Below, piece by piece: positions 1 to 8,936 of a DNA stretch of 39,906 bases. The translations under genes and the position numbers were made by a program. Within the stretch, counting starts at the first letter, position 1. Each line of letters begins with the position of its first letter. The stretch comes from a virus: the UHGV virus genome UHGV-0235614. One strand, written 5' to 3'. The notes beneath the pieces were generated by a model. The model did no database searches, was not told the DNA's origin, and was given only the letters and a program-made list of their open reading frames with translations.

Positions 1-37
1 CAATCCCTTTGAACTGGATATCTACCTGCGCCTGTGA
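1..37 (+). CDS. C-terminal end of the large serine integrase (continues from 39906)
   Basis: GC(39905-6)+C(1) then AAT CCC TTT GAA CTG GAT ATC TAC CTG CGC CTG TGA gives ...GRFVANPFELDIYLRL*. Confidence 0.85.
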   Translation, partial: NPFELDIYLRL

Positions 38-60
38 TCTTTGGGCGCAGGCATTATTTT
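25..60 (+). terminator. Hairpin/terminator at the integrase 3' end
   Basis: cctgcgcc(25-32)...ggcgcagg(44-51) followed by cattatttt. Confidence 0.5.
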
Positions 61-111
61 CACTGTATTAAGGATTTTTCTGCCTGTAATCTCCTACTTT
101 TGTGCAAAAAT

Positions 112-167
112 AATCACTTCCATCATGTATGAGCGAATGAATTTGCTTTGACATGATGGTAGTGATT
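112..167. other. Putative attP site
   Basis: 27-bp imperfect inverted arms (22/27 identical) around a central GA dinucleotide (139-140), between the integrase 3' end and the lysin 3' end. Confidence 0.7.
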
Positions 168-189
168 TTTTCTTTTTAATAGGAAGCGT

Positions 190-1158
190 TTATGCTCTAA
201 CAACCTGTCCTTTTACAATCTTGCAGGTCACTTCTCCGGAATAGTCAAAATCAACTTTTCCATTCTTTACATACCAGGCACCGTTTTTGTTGCCGGCAAT
301 TCCGGTAAAGTTAAAGTCGACTTTTCCTTCGGACAACTTCCACCAGCCGTTTTCGTTGCTCTCTACGCTGTTGCAGTTAAAATCAACTTTTCCGTTTACG
401 ATGCGCCACCCGCCGTTCTGATTCTTGGCGATCCCGGTATATGTAAAATCTACCTTGCCATTACGGACATACCACCAGCCATTTTTATTCTGTGCTACAG
501 TGGTCACGTTTGTGGCAATCTTTCCATTCTCGTAATAATACCAGTTGCCATCTGCTGCCTTTTCATCAGCCACACGGCCGTTGAGATTTGATGGTGCTTC
601 CTGCAGCTGTTTGTTCATGATTGCATAGGCAATCGATTTTGCAATCGCCTTGTAGCCCACTTTCTGGTAAAGGTTGTAATCGTCTCTGTCGTCTACAAAG
701 CAAATTTCCAATAAAAGTGCCGGTGCATTGGTTTTGTTCAGAACCTTGAGATTATTGGAAACTTTTGTACCACGGTCTGTAAAACCGAGATTTCTCATAT
801 TTGTACGGATCCGTTCTGCAAGCTCCGGCTTTCCTTTGTTCATACCACATACCCAGACCTCGAATCCACCGATACGACCGTCTCCCGGATAATCATTTCT
901 TCCGGAATTGAGGTGGATGGAAAATACAAAGGATACGCTGTGAGAGTTACTTTTTGCAATAATCTTGTTTAATACGTCATTCTGGCTTGTTCCGTTGTCT
1001 ACAGTATCGTTATATACGGTATAGCCATGTTCTCTTAAAATGTTGATCAGCTCTACTGTGATCAGGCGGTTCTCTTTTGATTCGTCCAGGAGCCCTACTG
1101 CTCCGCAGGCGGTTTTTCCTGCCGGATTGTGTCCGGCATGAATGCTAAATGCTGTCAT
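190..1158 (-). CDS. Endolysin, N-acetylmuramoyl-L-alanine amidase (Amidase_3) with C-terminal NGWWYVxNGKVDF repeats
   Basis: HAGH, E, SIHLN and LLEICFVD zinc-amidase motifs; ~22-aa aromatic repeats; start moved to ATG 1158 after GGAGG. Confidence 0.92.
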   Translation of the reverse strand: MTAFSIHAGHNPAGKTACGAVGLLDESKENRLITVELINILREHGYTVYNDTVDNGTSQNDVLNKIIAKSNSHSVSFVFSIHLNSGRNDYPGDGRIGGFEVWVCGMNKGKPELAERIRTNMRNLGFTDRGTKVSNNLKVLNKTNAPALLLEICFVDDRDDYNLYQKVGYKAIAKSIAYAIMNKQLQEAPSNLNGRVADEKAADGNWYYYENGKIATNVTTVAQNKNGWWYVRNGKVDFTYTGIAKNQNGGWRIVNGKVDFNCNSVESNENGWWKLSEGKVDFNFTGIAGNKNGAWYVKNGKVDFDYSGEVTCKIVKGQVVRA

Positions 1159-1624
1159 TATTGTCATCCTCCTCATCTACACTGGCAATGTTTTCTGTCT
1201 GCTTTTTGATATTTTTTACAATCGGCATCAGAAATTTTGGTACACTTACTCCTATATCAATCATATTTTCCAAGATGCTGATCAGTTCATTACATATGAT
1301 CCAAATAGCTACAAAGCAGGCAACCAAGAATGTGATTGGAACATGAAATCCAAGTGCTCCGGATGCGTATTTTAATAACTGATCAACGATCGCTCCGACC
1401 ACGACATGAAGCCACATGGTTACTTTTTTCTGGATTCCCCGGATGCTCTTATATGAGCTGATTCCACCATCCGGACGATATTTGGCTGCCATTAAGCCTG
1501 TGGCATAATCAATGATGTTGCATGCCACCATGAGAAGTACTGGAATATATAATACTCCGAGAATTGACGACAGAAACGCCATGATTCCTGTCACTACTGC
1601 CTTTAATGCATTTACATTGTTCAT
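1145..1624 (-). CDS. Holin (toxin secretion/phage lysis holin family)
   Basis: Three hydrophobic segments; IDYATG and NELISILEN motifs; directly upstream of the lysin. Confidence 0.9.
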   Translation of the reverse strand: MNNVNALKAVVTGIMAFLSSILGVLYIPVLLMVACNIIDYATGLMAAKYRPDGGISSYKSIRGIQKKVTMWLHVVVGAIVDQLLKYASGALGFHVPITFLVACFVAIWIICNELISILENMIDIGVSVPKFLMPIVKNIKKQTENIASVDEEDDNNDSI

Positions 1625-1652
1625 AAGCTGTTTTCCTTTCCTTTTTGCTTAT

Positions 1653-1682
1653 AAAAAGAGCCGGCACCGAAGTGTCGACTCT
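1653..1682 (-). terminator. Intrinsic terminator upstream of the lysis cassette
   Basis: agagtcgacac-ttcg-gtgccggctct then a T tract on the minus strand. Confidence 0.7.
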
Positions 1683-1690
1683 GATTATCT

Positions 1691-1939
1691 TTATTCTGCT
1701 GCCTGATCTGGACCTGCTATATCCACCACTGGTTCTGCCGGTATATCAACCGGTTCTGATTTATTTCTTGGTCTCGGCATTGGCTCCGGAACTGGTGGTG
1801 CTACCGGTTCCTGCTGTGATTCTTTGATTTTATTCTCAATAAATCTGAGACAATCTGCCATCACCTTTGTACTCTCCCCTTTCGTCTCAATGTCTTTCAT
1901 TGTGTTATATAAAAGCTGTAAATCCTGTGTTTGAATCAT
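1691..1939 (-). CDS. Hypothetical protein, possible tail-fibre chaperone
   Basis: 82-aa ORF with RBS, between the tail fibre and holin; Pro-rich tail. Confidence 0.6.
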   Translation of the reverse strand: MIQTQDLQLLYNTMKDIETKGESTKVMADCLRFIENKIKESQQEPVAPPVPEPMPRPRNKSEPVDIPAEPVVDIAGPDQAAE

Positions 1940-1955
1940 TGTTTTCTCCTTTCAT

Positions 1956-3692
1956 TTAGTTCGCCAACCACGAACCTGTTACATATAACTGGAAATTGGA
2001 ACGTCTGTCTGTGCTGCTATTGTAAATAGCATAATTATTATAGGCACTGTTCCATGTTGAAATAGCGTATACTGATGGAACCCCATTTGTGTCGAAATTA
2101 CCGGTGACTGGATAAAAAGCATGATTGCTTATATTATAACAAAATCCACTGAATACACCGTTTCCCTTAACTGGTCGCCATGTAGATGGCAGGTTAAATA
2201 TGATGGACGATGCTCCCACTCCCCAACCATTTACTGTAACAATTTTATTTCTTTTCTGGAAACAACCACCGTCAATTGTGGCTGCGACATCTGTTGGCAA
2301 TACTCGATGATTTACTTTCGAACCATTCATTACTGGAACCCAAGTGTCAGTAGTGTTGGCGGTGCCGAATGTTGACCAGTCGTAACCGTGTTGACTTTTG
2401 AAAGTATCCCAGTTTGTGCCATTAAGAACGATTGTTTCGGCAGACATATCAATGTTGGTATCTGAATAAATTTTAACTAAATCTGGATCTACATGTATAA
2501 ATGATGTACCAAGACGGAGTTCTCCTGACGCTTCACTTCTTCTGTAGCTTTCGCTCCTCAGTTCACATTGAGCATGGGCCGGTCCGCCTTCTAGTGAGCC
2601 GCCTATAGTTGCTATATAAGCTTTATCATAATAGCTTCCTCCAGCACCTCCATCTTCTGCATCATAGTATTGTTGAATGATGGCATTCTCGCCATCCAAT
2701 GTAAATGTGGTCGAAGTTAATCCCAAATCTCCGTTCGATACATGCGTCAGGTCGGTAGAACCTAAATATACTTTTTTCGCTTGCATACTTCCTGCGAACA
2801 CACCATCTGCACCATCGATTGTTCCCTTGAAGACACTATCGCCTTCGATTGTTAAATGCGTTGCCGTTATTTTTTGTGCGAAGAGATCGTCCACATCTAT
2901 TTTTTCAGCGGTAATAGAATTAGCTGCTAATTGAATCGTGCCAATAGAACCGGCATAGATTTTACTACCTTCGATATATGCCGTATCATTTTCGCAAGCC
3001 CATTGTGCCGCTAACGACATGGCTGAATCAGCGGTCATAACCCATGCAGAACCGTTGTACACAAACTGAACCGTCGACTTTGCTACCCAATAATATACTC
3101 TTGATAGCGCGACACCAAATGCATAAATTGGTTTTGCACCGGTGGAGTTTACATTCAGCGTTGGGTTTGTAGCGGTATTTGATTCGTTAAACGTTACAGA
3201 AACCGTAGCACCGACGTATAAAGAAAATGATGTAGGTGGCGTAATGGTTGCAGTTTTGGTCGCTATATCGGACGCGGTTAGACATTTAGCAAACAACTGT
3301 TTTCCGTCTTTTCCAGTATCACCTTTTTCTCCAGTCTTGGCTATTGCGAATGAAAACTTCTTATTAATAACTAAACCGTCAACTGATATCGGAACGGTTG
3401 CTTCACATGCCACTTTAATAACCGCAGTTGTTTTGAACGTAATTATTGGAGATAAAGAATTGTTATTTTCCACTGAAGCTGATATACCTGTCGGGCACAC
3501 AATGTCTTCAGATGAGACGCTTATCTTACAAGGCACATCACCACAATATGCAACAATATCAGTCGAACATGTAGAGCCAGCAGGTGCGCCTTCGGAATTA
3601 CCTTGGAATGTATAGGCTTCGCTTGTCAGCATTACTGAATATGCATCTGTCACATCAATTAACGTTGTCTGTGCAGAGCCTTTAATTGCCAT
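1956..3692 (-). CDS. Tail fibre / receptor-binding protein
   Basis: N-terminal domain paralogous to 3695..4792, short collagen-like GxY stretch, beta-rich body; last structural gene; start ATG 3692 after GGAGG. Confidence 0.75.
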   Translation of the reverse strand: MAIKGSAQTTLIDVTDAYSVMLTSEAYTFQGNSEGAPAGSTCSTDIVAYCGDVPCKISVSSEDIVCPTGISASVENNNSLSPIITFKTTAVIKVACEATVPISVDGLVINKKFSFAIAKTGEKGDTGKDGKQLFAKCLTASDIATKTATITPPTSFSLYVGATVSVTFNESNTATNPTLNVNSTGAKPIYAFGVALSRVYYWVAKSTVQFVYNGSAWVMTADSAMSLAAQWACENDTAYIEGSKIYAGSIGTIQLAANSITAEKIDVDDLFAQKITATHLTIEGDSVFKGTIDGADGVFAGSMQAKKVYLGSTDLTHVSNGDLGLTSTTFTLDGENAIIQQYYDAEDGGAGGSYYDKAYIATIGGSLEGGPAHAQCELRSESYRRSEASGELRLGTSFIHVDPDLVKIYSDTNIDMSAETIVLNGTNWDTFKSQHGYDWSTFGTANTTDTWVPVMNGSKVNHRVLPTDVAATIDGGCFQKRNKIVTVNGWGVGASSIIFNLPSTWRPVKGNGVFSGFCYNISNHAFYPVTGNFDTNGVPSVYAISTWNSAYNNYAIYNSSTDRRSNFQLYVTGSWLAN

Positions 3693-3694
3693 GA

Positions 3695-4792
3695 TTACCC
3701 CTCCAAATTGCATGTGTATACAGCAACACTATCAACATCATCCGCCGAAATTGTCAGAGTTTTAGATGTTGCTGCTGCTGTGTTGCTTCCCGCTTTATAC
3801 CATTTGATGGATCCTAGAGACCCGCAAACGCCAGCATCAGTAATACTCTGTTCTACTCCGCCCTTAAATACATGCGCGGTCAGGACAGTTGAACCATTAT
3901 TGTTTTTGAACGTTGTTCCGTTACTTGCTGTGACTGTTACCACAATAGCGTCCTTTCCAGCGGCTCCTGGCGCTCCTGTTGCACCATGAGTACCAATAAT
4001 AGCAGGAGTTGTCTTTTCTGTTGTATTATCGGTATATGTGATCAACTGATAGCACCAAATATATTTATTCGTCACTGTTGTTGCTGTCGGCGTTGTAGTC
4101 CAACCGGATGTATCTGTTTTGACTCCCGTTCCTGCCGAAGTTGTGAGATAATAATTCGTTACAGATTTAATGCCTTTGCCTGTTGCGCCGGTATTACCTG
4201 TTGCACCGTGTGTTCCAATAATAACAGGGGTTGTTGTGGTAGGATTTCCGCTTGAGTATGCAATGGACTGATAGCACCAGAGATATTTCTTAGTAGTATC
4301 TGTCGTTTGCATTGTGGTAGTCCAACCAGATGCCGCGGTTGTAACTCCTGTTGCTGCTGATGTTGCCAAATAGTAGTTTGTAACACCGGTGATACTTCTA
4401 CCGGCATCTCCTTTTGCTCCCGTAGCGCCTGTCTTTGCTACTGCAAAAGAAAATTTCTTATTAATTGTGATACCGTCGACAGTCACTGGAATGGTTGCCT
4501 CACAGGACGAGGTGATAACTGCTGTTGTCGTAAATGTGATTGTCGGCGATGCTGTTCCACTATCGGTAACTGCCGCTGTGATGCCAGTAGGACAAATGAT
4601 AGATTTCGCATCTACAACTACTACAGGACACTGATTCTGTCCGCAATATGCGACTGCTTGCGTTGCGCATTTCTGACCGGCTGATGCACCAGATGTTGTG
4701 CCAGGAAATGTATAAGCCTCTGATGTTAATATAATACTATAAGCGTCAGTTACATCAATAATAGTTGCCTGACCGGTTGCTCTAATTGCCAT
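3695..4792 (-). CDS. Tail fibre/baseplate protein with collagen-like linkers and two ~75-aa internal repeats
   Basis: GATG/GxY linkers; repeat VTNYYL...GWTTT...KY(L/I)WCYQ...TP(V/A)IIGTHGATG occurs twice. Confidence 0.75.
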   Translation of the reverse strand: MAIRATGQATIIDVTDAYSIILTSEAYTFPGTTSGASAGQKCATQAVAYCGQNQCPVVVVDAKSIICPTGITAAVTDSGTASPTITFTTTAVITSSCEATIPVTVDGITINKKFSFAVAKTGATGAKGDAGRSITGVTNYYLATSAATGVTTAASGWTTTMQTTDTTKKYLWCYQSIAYSSGNPTTTTPVIIGTHGATGNTGATGKGIKSVTNYYLTTSAGTGVKTDTSGWTTTPTATTVTNKYIWCYQLITYTDNTTEKTTPAIIGTHGATGAPGAAGKDAIVVTVTASNGTTFKNNNGSTVLTAHVFKGGVEQSITDAGVCGSLGSIKWYKAGSNTAAATSKTLTISADDVDSVAVYTCNLEG

Positions 4793-7364
4793 TTTGATTT
4801 TTCTCCTTTTCTTCTACGATCAAGTCACAAGCGTATACACCTTTTGTGTCTATATCGTTTGGACTGATTTTAAATTTGAAACCGCCTTCCGCGATCCGTT
4901 GATCTTCTGGAGCAAGCGTTAAATAATCATCAGAATCATTTAACTGATATCTCCATTGTAAAAAAGCACCCTCGCCAAATACTAATGCTAATGTTTCGCT
5001 ATCAGTAATTCGCTGTGTGCCGCGTATAATTGTTACAGATAATATTGTTGATACATTCGTATTCTTGAAAACGTTTCCTTTTGACGATGTAACATACAAT
5101 GAAGTGGTAACCTCGTCTGCTATTTCATCCATACGATCTTGCATGCTGCTAATCACATCTTCGATGTTTCTTCCAGAGCTAAATGTTATGCTATTTGCAG
5201 ATATTGCAAGTTTCCAAGAACCATCAGTGTCTTTGAAATACATAATGTAATTCTGGCCATCGCCGAATGACACTTGTCCGTCTTTTCCAAGATAGATACC
5301 ACGTGTCCCATTTGTCGCCGATGCCTTTGCTCCGGAATACAATGCTGAATCAGTTATACTAAATCCAGCAATAGTCGCATCAAATGCCACCAAATCATTC
5401 ACAGAAATCTTTTCGGCAGTAATAGACTTTGCTTGTATAAGGCTTCCTTTTAAAGAATTATAATCTGTCTGCTCTTTTTCAACAGTTGATCCGTCAGTGT
5501 TTAGCTTATAATAAAGACCATCGTCGCCTTTGATTACCAATTTATCCGCCACAATTGTGTTTCCCTCAATGAGGTCTCCCTTAATTATAACGCCAACCAG
5601 TTCACCAGTGATTGTCTGATCTCCAACCGTAACATCCTTGATCAGACCGGACTGCGCATAGAAATACTCCATGGCAGCCTTACCAATGTTTGTAAAGTCA
5701 ATATTGGCATAGCGGAAATCTGCATCTGTAGCACTCAGCTTGTTGGCTTTCAGATCTACGATATCTGCAGTCTGAGCTTTCAATGTTTCTGTGGTGGTAT
5801 CTTTGAATGATGCGTAATCGCCGCTGATGTTGGTGATCGTGGCATCGGTGGCTTTCAGACTCTCAATGGTCGCATAGGTCAGATTGGCATCTTCTGCACT
5901 GAGTTTTTCTGCATCCAGCTTCTTAATGCTTGCGTCCTGCGCAGTCAGTTTTCCGTCAATCTCTGCATCTTTGACTACTAAGCTGTTGATAGATGCTTCA
6001 TTGGCGGTCAGTTTGCTGTTGATGGTGGCATTATTGGTTTCAAGCGTAGCAATTCGTGCAACCTGTGCTTCAAGTTCTTCGGTACTTACTTTGCCGGCTA
6101 CTACATTCTCCAGATTCGACACTTTATTTGTTACATTGGTAACATTTTTATTTGTCTCTTCCAGATTATCTTTTGTAGCATATTTATTATCTGCAGCTCC
6201 AACTGCAGCCTCAAGCATATATACTCTTTCCAGAATCTCCGGATTTAACTCCGACTGCAACTCTCTGACATTTCCAACTGTGGTCTTGTTGTTGGATGGA
6301 TCTGTAAAGCTGATGGACTGTTCCACAACCCTGACACTCAAATACAATTCTGGATTGTATTCTTCATCACAAACCACTACCGTATCTCCAATTCCAAGAT
6401 CAAAATAACCTTTGACATCATAGCTTACCTGTGGAACACAATCTTTTTTTAACTGTGCCAGTGCCTGACCATATAGCATATTTACATTTTCTGTTTCATA
6501 GCTCCAATTCCTCAAAATGTAGCCATCATTACGTTTTCCCATGATATTGGACGGAAAGCGATCACGGGCTTGCACGGCACGTATAATCCCATCATGATCA
6601 TGCAGTACATATTCCTGCTCACCATTTTCATCAACTTCAATTTTGGACATTCCTACCAATGTGAGTCCATCTTTTCCAATCGGCTTGATGGATGTATACA
6701 GTTCTGTCACATCTGATGTTTTTGTGATACCTTCCACCTCGACACCATACCGTAAAATCTTATCTACACGGTTTGCACCGATTCCCTGATACTGTTCAGA
6801 ATGTTCTCTATAAACGTTCAAAATCAGAGAATTTAGAGAATAATCCCTATTTAATTGCGGTAATATCTCAATCTCCGCGCTAAATACATTGGCCAATGAA
6901 AAAAGACGTGCCAAGATTGTGTTCGTTCCCGTCCACTCATGTTTAATAGATTTATCCGATACCTCATTAATGCCAAGCGTCAATGTTTTTTCATAATCAA
7001 ACGCATCTATATATTCTTCAAATGTCATTGCCTTTGCCGCCGTATATTCACTGGAATATTCATTAAGGAGTTCAAATATTAATGCAAATGCTTCTACCTC
7101 AACCACATCTTCATCCCGCACACTGCTTACAATATTGAAATAATAATCCCGCATCTTATAACGGAAGGATATTTTATTGCCAACGATCAGATAGATAGAA
7201 TCTTCATGTGTTGCATCTGCTTTAAATGAAAATGTATTCGTCGATCCGCTAAGATATCTATGCAATTCATCATCCCAGTAATGCAGACCATCCACTGCCT
7301 CATTATCCATAAAGGCGCAGACCTTATCCATATTACTTAAGATTGCAATTCTTACATTCTCCAT
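4782..7364 (-). CDS. Tail-associated (Tal-like/endopeptidase-family) tail spike protein
   Basis: Follows Dit; N-terminal prophage tail domain (IGDTVVV, LSVRVVE), coiled coil, beta-rich C-terminus. Confidence 0.8.
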   Translation of the reverse strand: MENVRIAILSNMDKVCAFMDNEAVDGLHYWDDELHRYLSGSTNTFSFKADATHEDSIYLIVGNKISFRYKMRDYYFNIVSSVRDEDVVEVEAFALIFELLNEYSSEYTAAKAMTFEEYIDAFDYEKTLTLGINEVSDKSIKHEWTGTNTILARLFSLANVFSAEIEILPQLNRDYSLNSLILNVYREHSEQYQGIGANRVDKILRYGVEVEGITKTSDVTELYTSIKPIGKDGLTLVGMSKIEVDENGEQEYVLHDHDGIIRAVQARDRFPSNIMGKRNDGYILRNWSYETENVNMLYGQALAQLKKDCVPQVSYDVKGYFDLGIGDTVVVCDEEYNPELYLSVRVVEQSISFTDPSNNKTTVGNVRELQSELNPEILERVYMLEAAVGAADNKYATKDNLEETNKNVTNVTNKVSNLENVVAGKVSTEELEAQVARIATLETNNATINSKLTANEASINSLVVKDAEIDGKLTAQDASIKKLDAEKLSAEDANLTYATIESLKATDATITNISGDYASFKDTTTETLKAQTADIVDLKANKLSATDADFRYANIDFTNIGKAAMEYFYAQSGLIKDVTVGDQTITGELVGVIIKGDLIEGNTIVADKLVIKGDDGLYYKLNTDGSTVEKEQTDYNSLKGSLIQAKSITAEKISVNDLVAFDATIAGFSITDSALYSGAKASATNGTRGIYLGKDGQVSFGDGQNYIMYFKDTDGSWKLAISANSITFSSGRNIEDVISSMQDRMDEIADEVTTSLYVTSSKGNVFKNTNVSTILSVTIIRGTQRITDSETLALVFGEGAFLQWRYQLNDSDDYLTLAPEDQRIAEGGFKFKISPNDIDTKGVYACDLIVEEKEKNQNGN

Positions 7365-8936
7365 TTATAAGTACGCCTCCCTAATCTTTGCTGTAATCGT
7401 CGGTGCTGGATTCGAAAAATTAGAATAATAAAACTCCACCTTGGTTTCCCCTGGCGGAGCTTTAAAATACTTTGAACCAACTGTCTCATCATTTAAACTT
7501 GGAATACCATTCACATACATCTTTGCGGCGGGACCATTCACCGTCAGGACATCCCCTGCCTGATAACGGTTCGGCAAATCCTGCAGATAGGTAACACTAT
7601 CGCTTCGGAAAGATAAATTAATAAACCCAGCATAATGTATCCTGTGTTCTGTCGTAATCTTATTATCTGGTGGATATCCCAACCATACGGTGATGGAAGC
7701 AGCTTTCTTACCAGCCAGTTCTGGCATACGGTATTGGTATTTCTGTCCGGCAAAATAAAATTCGAACAACTCACCCATCTTTTGAATATACATATAGCCG
7801 CCGCCTTTATTTTTGTTATATATATCTGCCTGTCCGTTCCAGTCCCCCGGTTTAAACTGAATATTACTCTTCACACTGTTTCCGGCAATCAACTGTAAAT
7901 TTGTGACCATATTTCCACCAGCACTACGATATATATTTATTGAGGCAAGAAGATTTCCATCAGTATCTCCAATATTAAACTGCATACTTCCAACCTCAGA
8001 TGCATACTGGAGCTGCCACATGATTTTTGCCATTGCTACAAAACTTGTGCTTCCTTTTTTTCCATCGCTCTTCGCAGGTAATGTAATCTGTCCACATGGT
8101 CCATGCCAGACGTTCCCACTTCCTGATGAATTTACCAGCATTGGGAAGAACAGTGATCCATTACCATCATGATAATCCTGATAGGTAAATGATCCTGATT
8201 TCAAAAATGCAGAATTTGTTAAGATTCCCTCATCTTTGGTAATATTTTTTATAATCTGATTTCCTCCATTCAGATTTAAAAGATTTTCTGACTTCTCCTT
8301 TTCTTCCTGATCAAGCTCTCCTGGATTTCCATACTGAAGTGCACCATATGGACTCACTATTCCGATATACCCATTTTCATGGTTGTGTTTGATCTCGTAA
8401 CTGATTGCCACTGGTAACGCTCCATCATTGACTATAGTTGTCTCTAAAGCACCTGTGGATGTATTCTTTTTTGTAGAAAATACTTTCTCTGTCAATGAAT
8501 ATTTGAACGGATCTGCACAATAAAAATCAATCTCCCCCGTCACACAGTTACTTCCTGCTGCTACGGATGTATTTCCAACTTTTGTCCCGATAAAATATTT
8601 ATCCGGTTCATCCGCAAAAATAAGTTGTGCCTGTTCCACATTCAGTATCTTGTTCAGCTGATTGTATGCTTCTCTGAACTTTTCTGCTGATGATGTACAG
8701 AGCTGGTATCCAACCGTAATTGTTCTTGGCGGATACCGTTTTCCCCGATAATCTGCACCATCCTTATATCCGATTGTCTGAGTCTCAATCTCGCACTCAA
8801 GAAGTTCTCGTCCACTTGTGTATAAAGTCAAATATCCGGGGATTAAATTTTCAATATATTCACCATTTATTTCCAATGATTCTGTGGCTAAGTTGTTACC
8901 AGTCACAGTCTCATTTGTATCTATAAATTCATACAT
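7365..8936 (-). CDS. Distal tail protein (Dit) with an internal insertion
   Basis: Directly downstream of the tape measure; LIFADEPDKY and FYCADPFKY motifs. Confidence 0.85.
   Translation of the reverse strand: MYEFIDTNETVTGNNLATESLEINGEYIENLIPGYLTLYTSGRELLECEIETQTIGYKDGADYRGKRYPPRTITVGYQLCTSSAEKFREAYNQLNKILNVEQAQLIFADEPDKYFIGTKVGNTSVAAGSNCVTGEIDFYCADPFKYSLTEKVFSTKKNTSTGALETTIVNDGALPVAISYEIKHNHENGYIGIVSPYGALQYGNPGELDQEEKEKSENLLNLNGGNQIIKNITKDEGILTNSAFLKSGSFTYQDYHDGNGSLFFPMLVNSSGSGNVWHGPCGQITLPAKSDGKKGSTSFVAMAKIMWQLQYASEVGSMQFNIGDTDGNLLASINIYRSAGGNMVTNLQLIAGNSVKSNIQFKPGDWNGQADIYNKNKGGGYMYIQKMGELFEFYFAGQKYQYRMPELAGKKAASITVWLGYPPDNKITTEHRIHYAGFINLSFRSDSVTYLQDLPNRYQAGDVLTVNGPAAKMYVNGIPSLNDETVGSKYFKAPPGETKVEFYYSNFSNPAPTITAKIREAYL

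Noticed and set aside
1956..4792. Diversity-generating retroelement or invertible tail-fibre shufflon
   Set aside because: No reverse transcriptase, no near-identical TR/VR pair and no invertase or inverted cassettes seen; the paralogous segments are diverged at the DNA level
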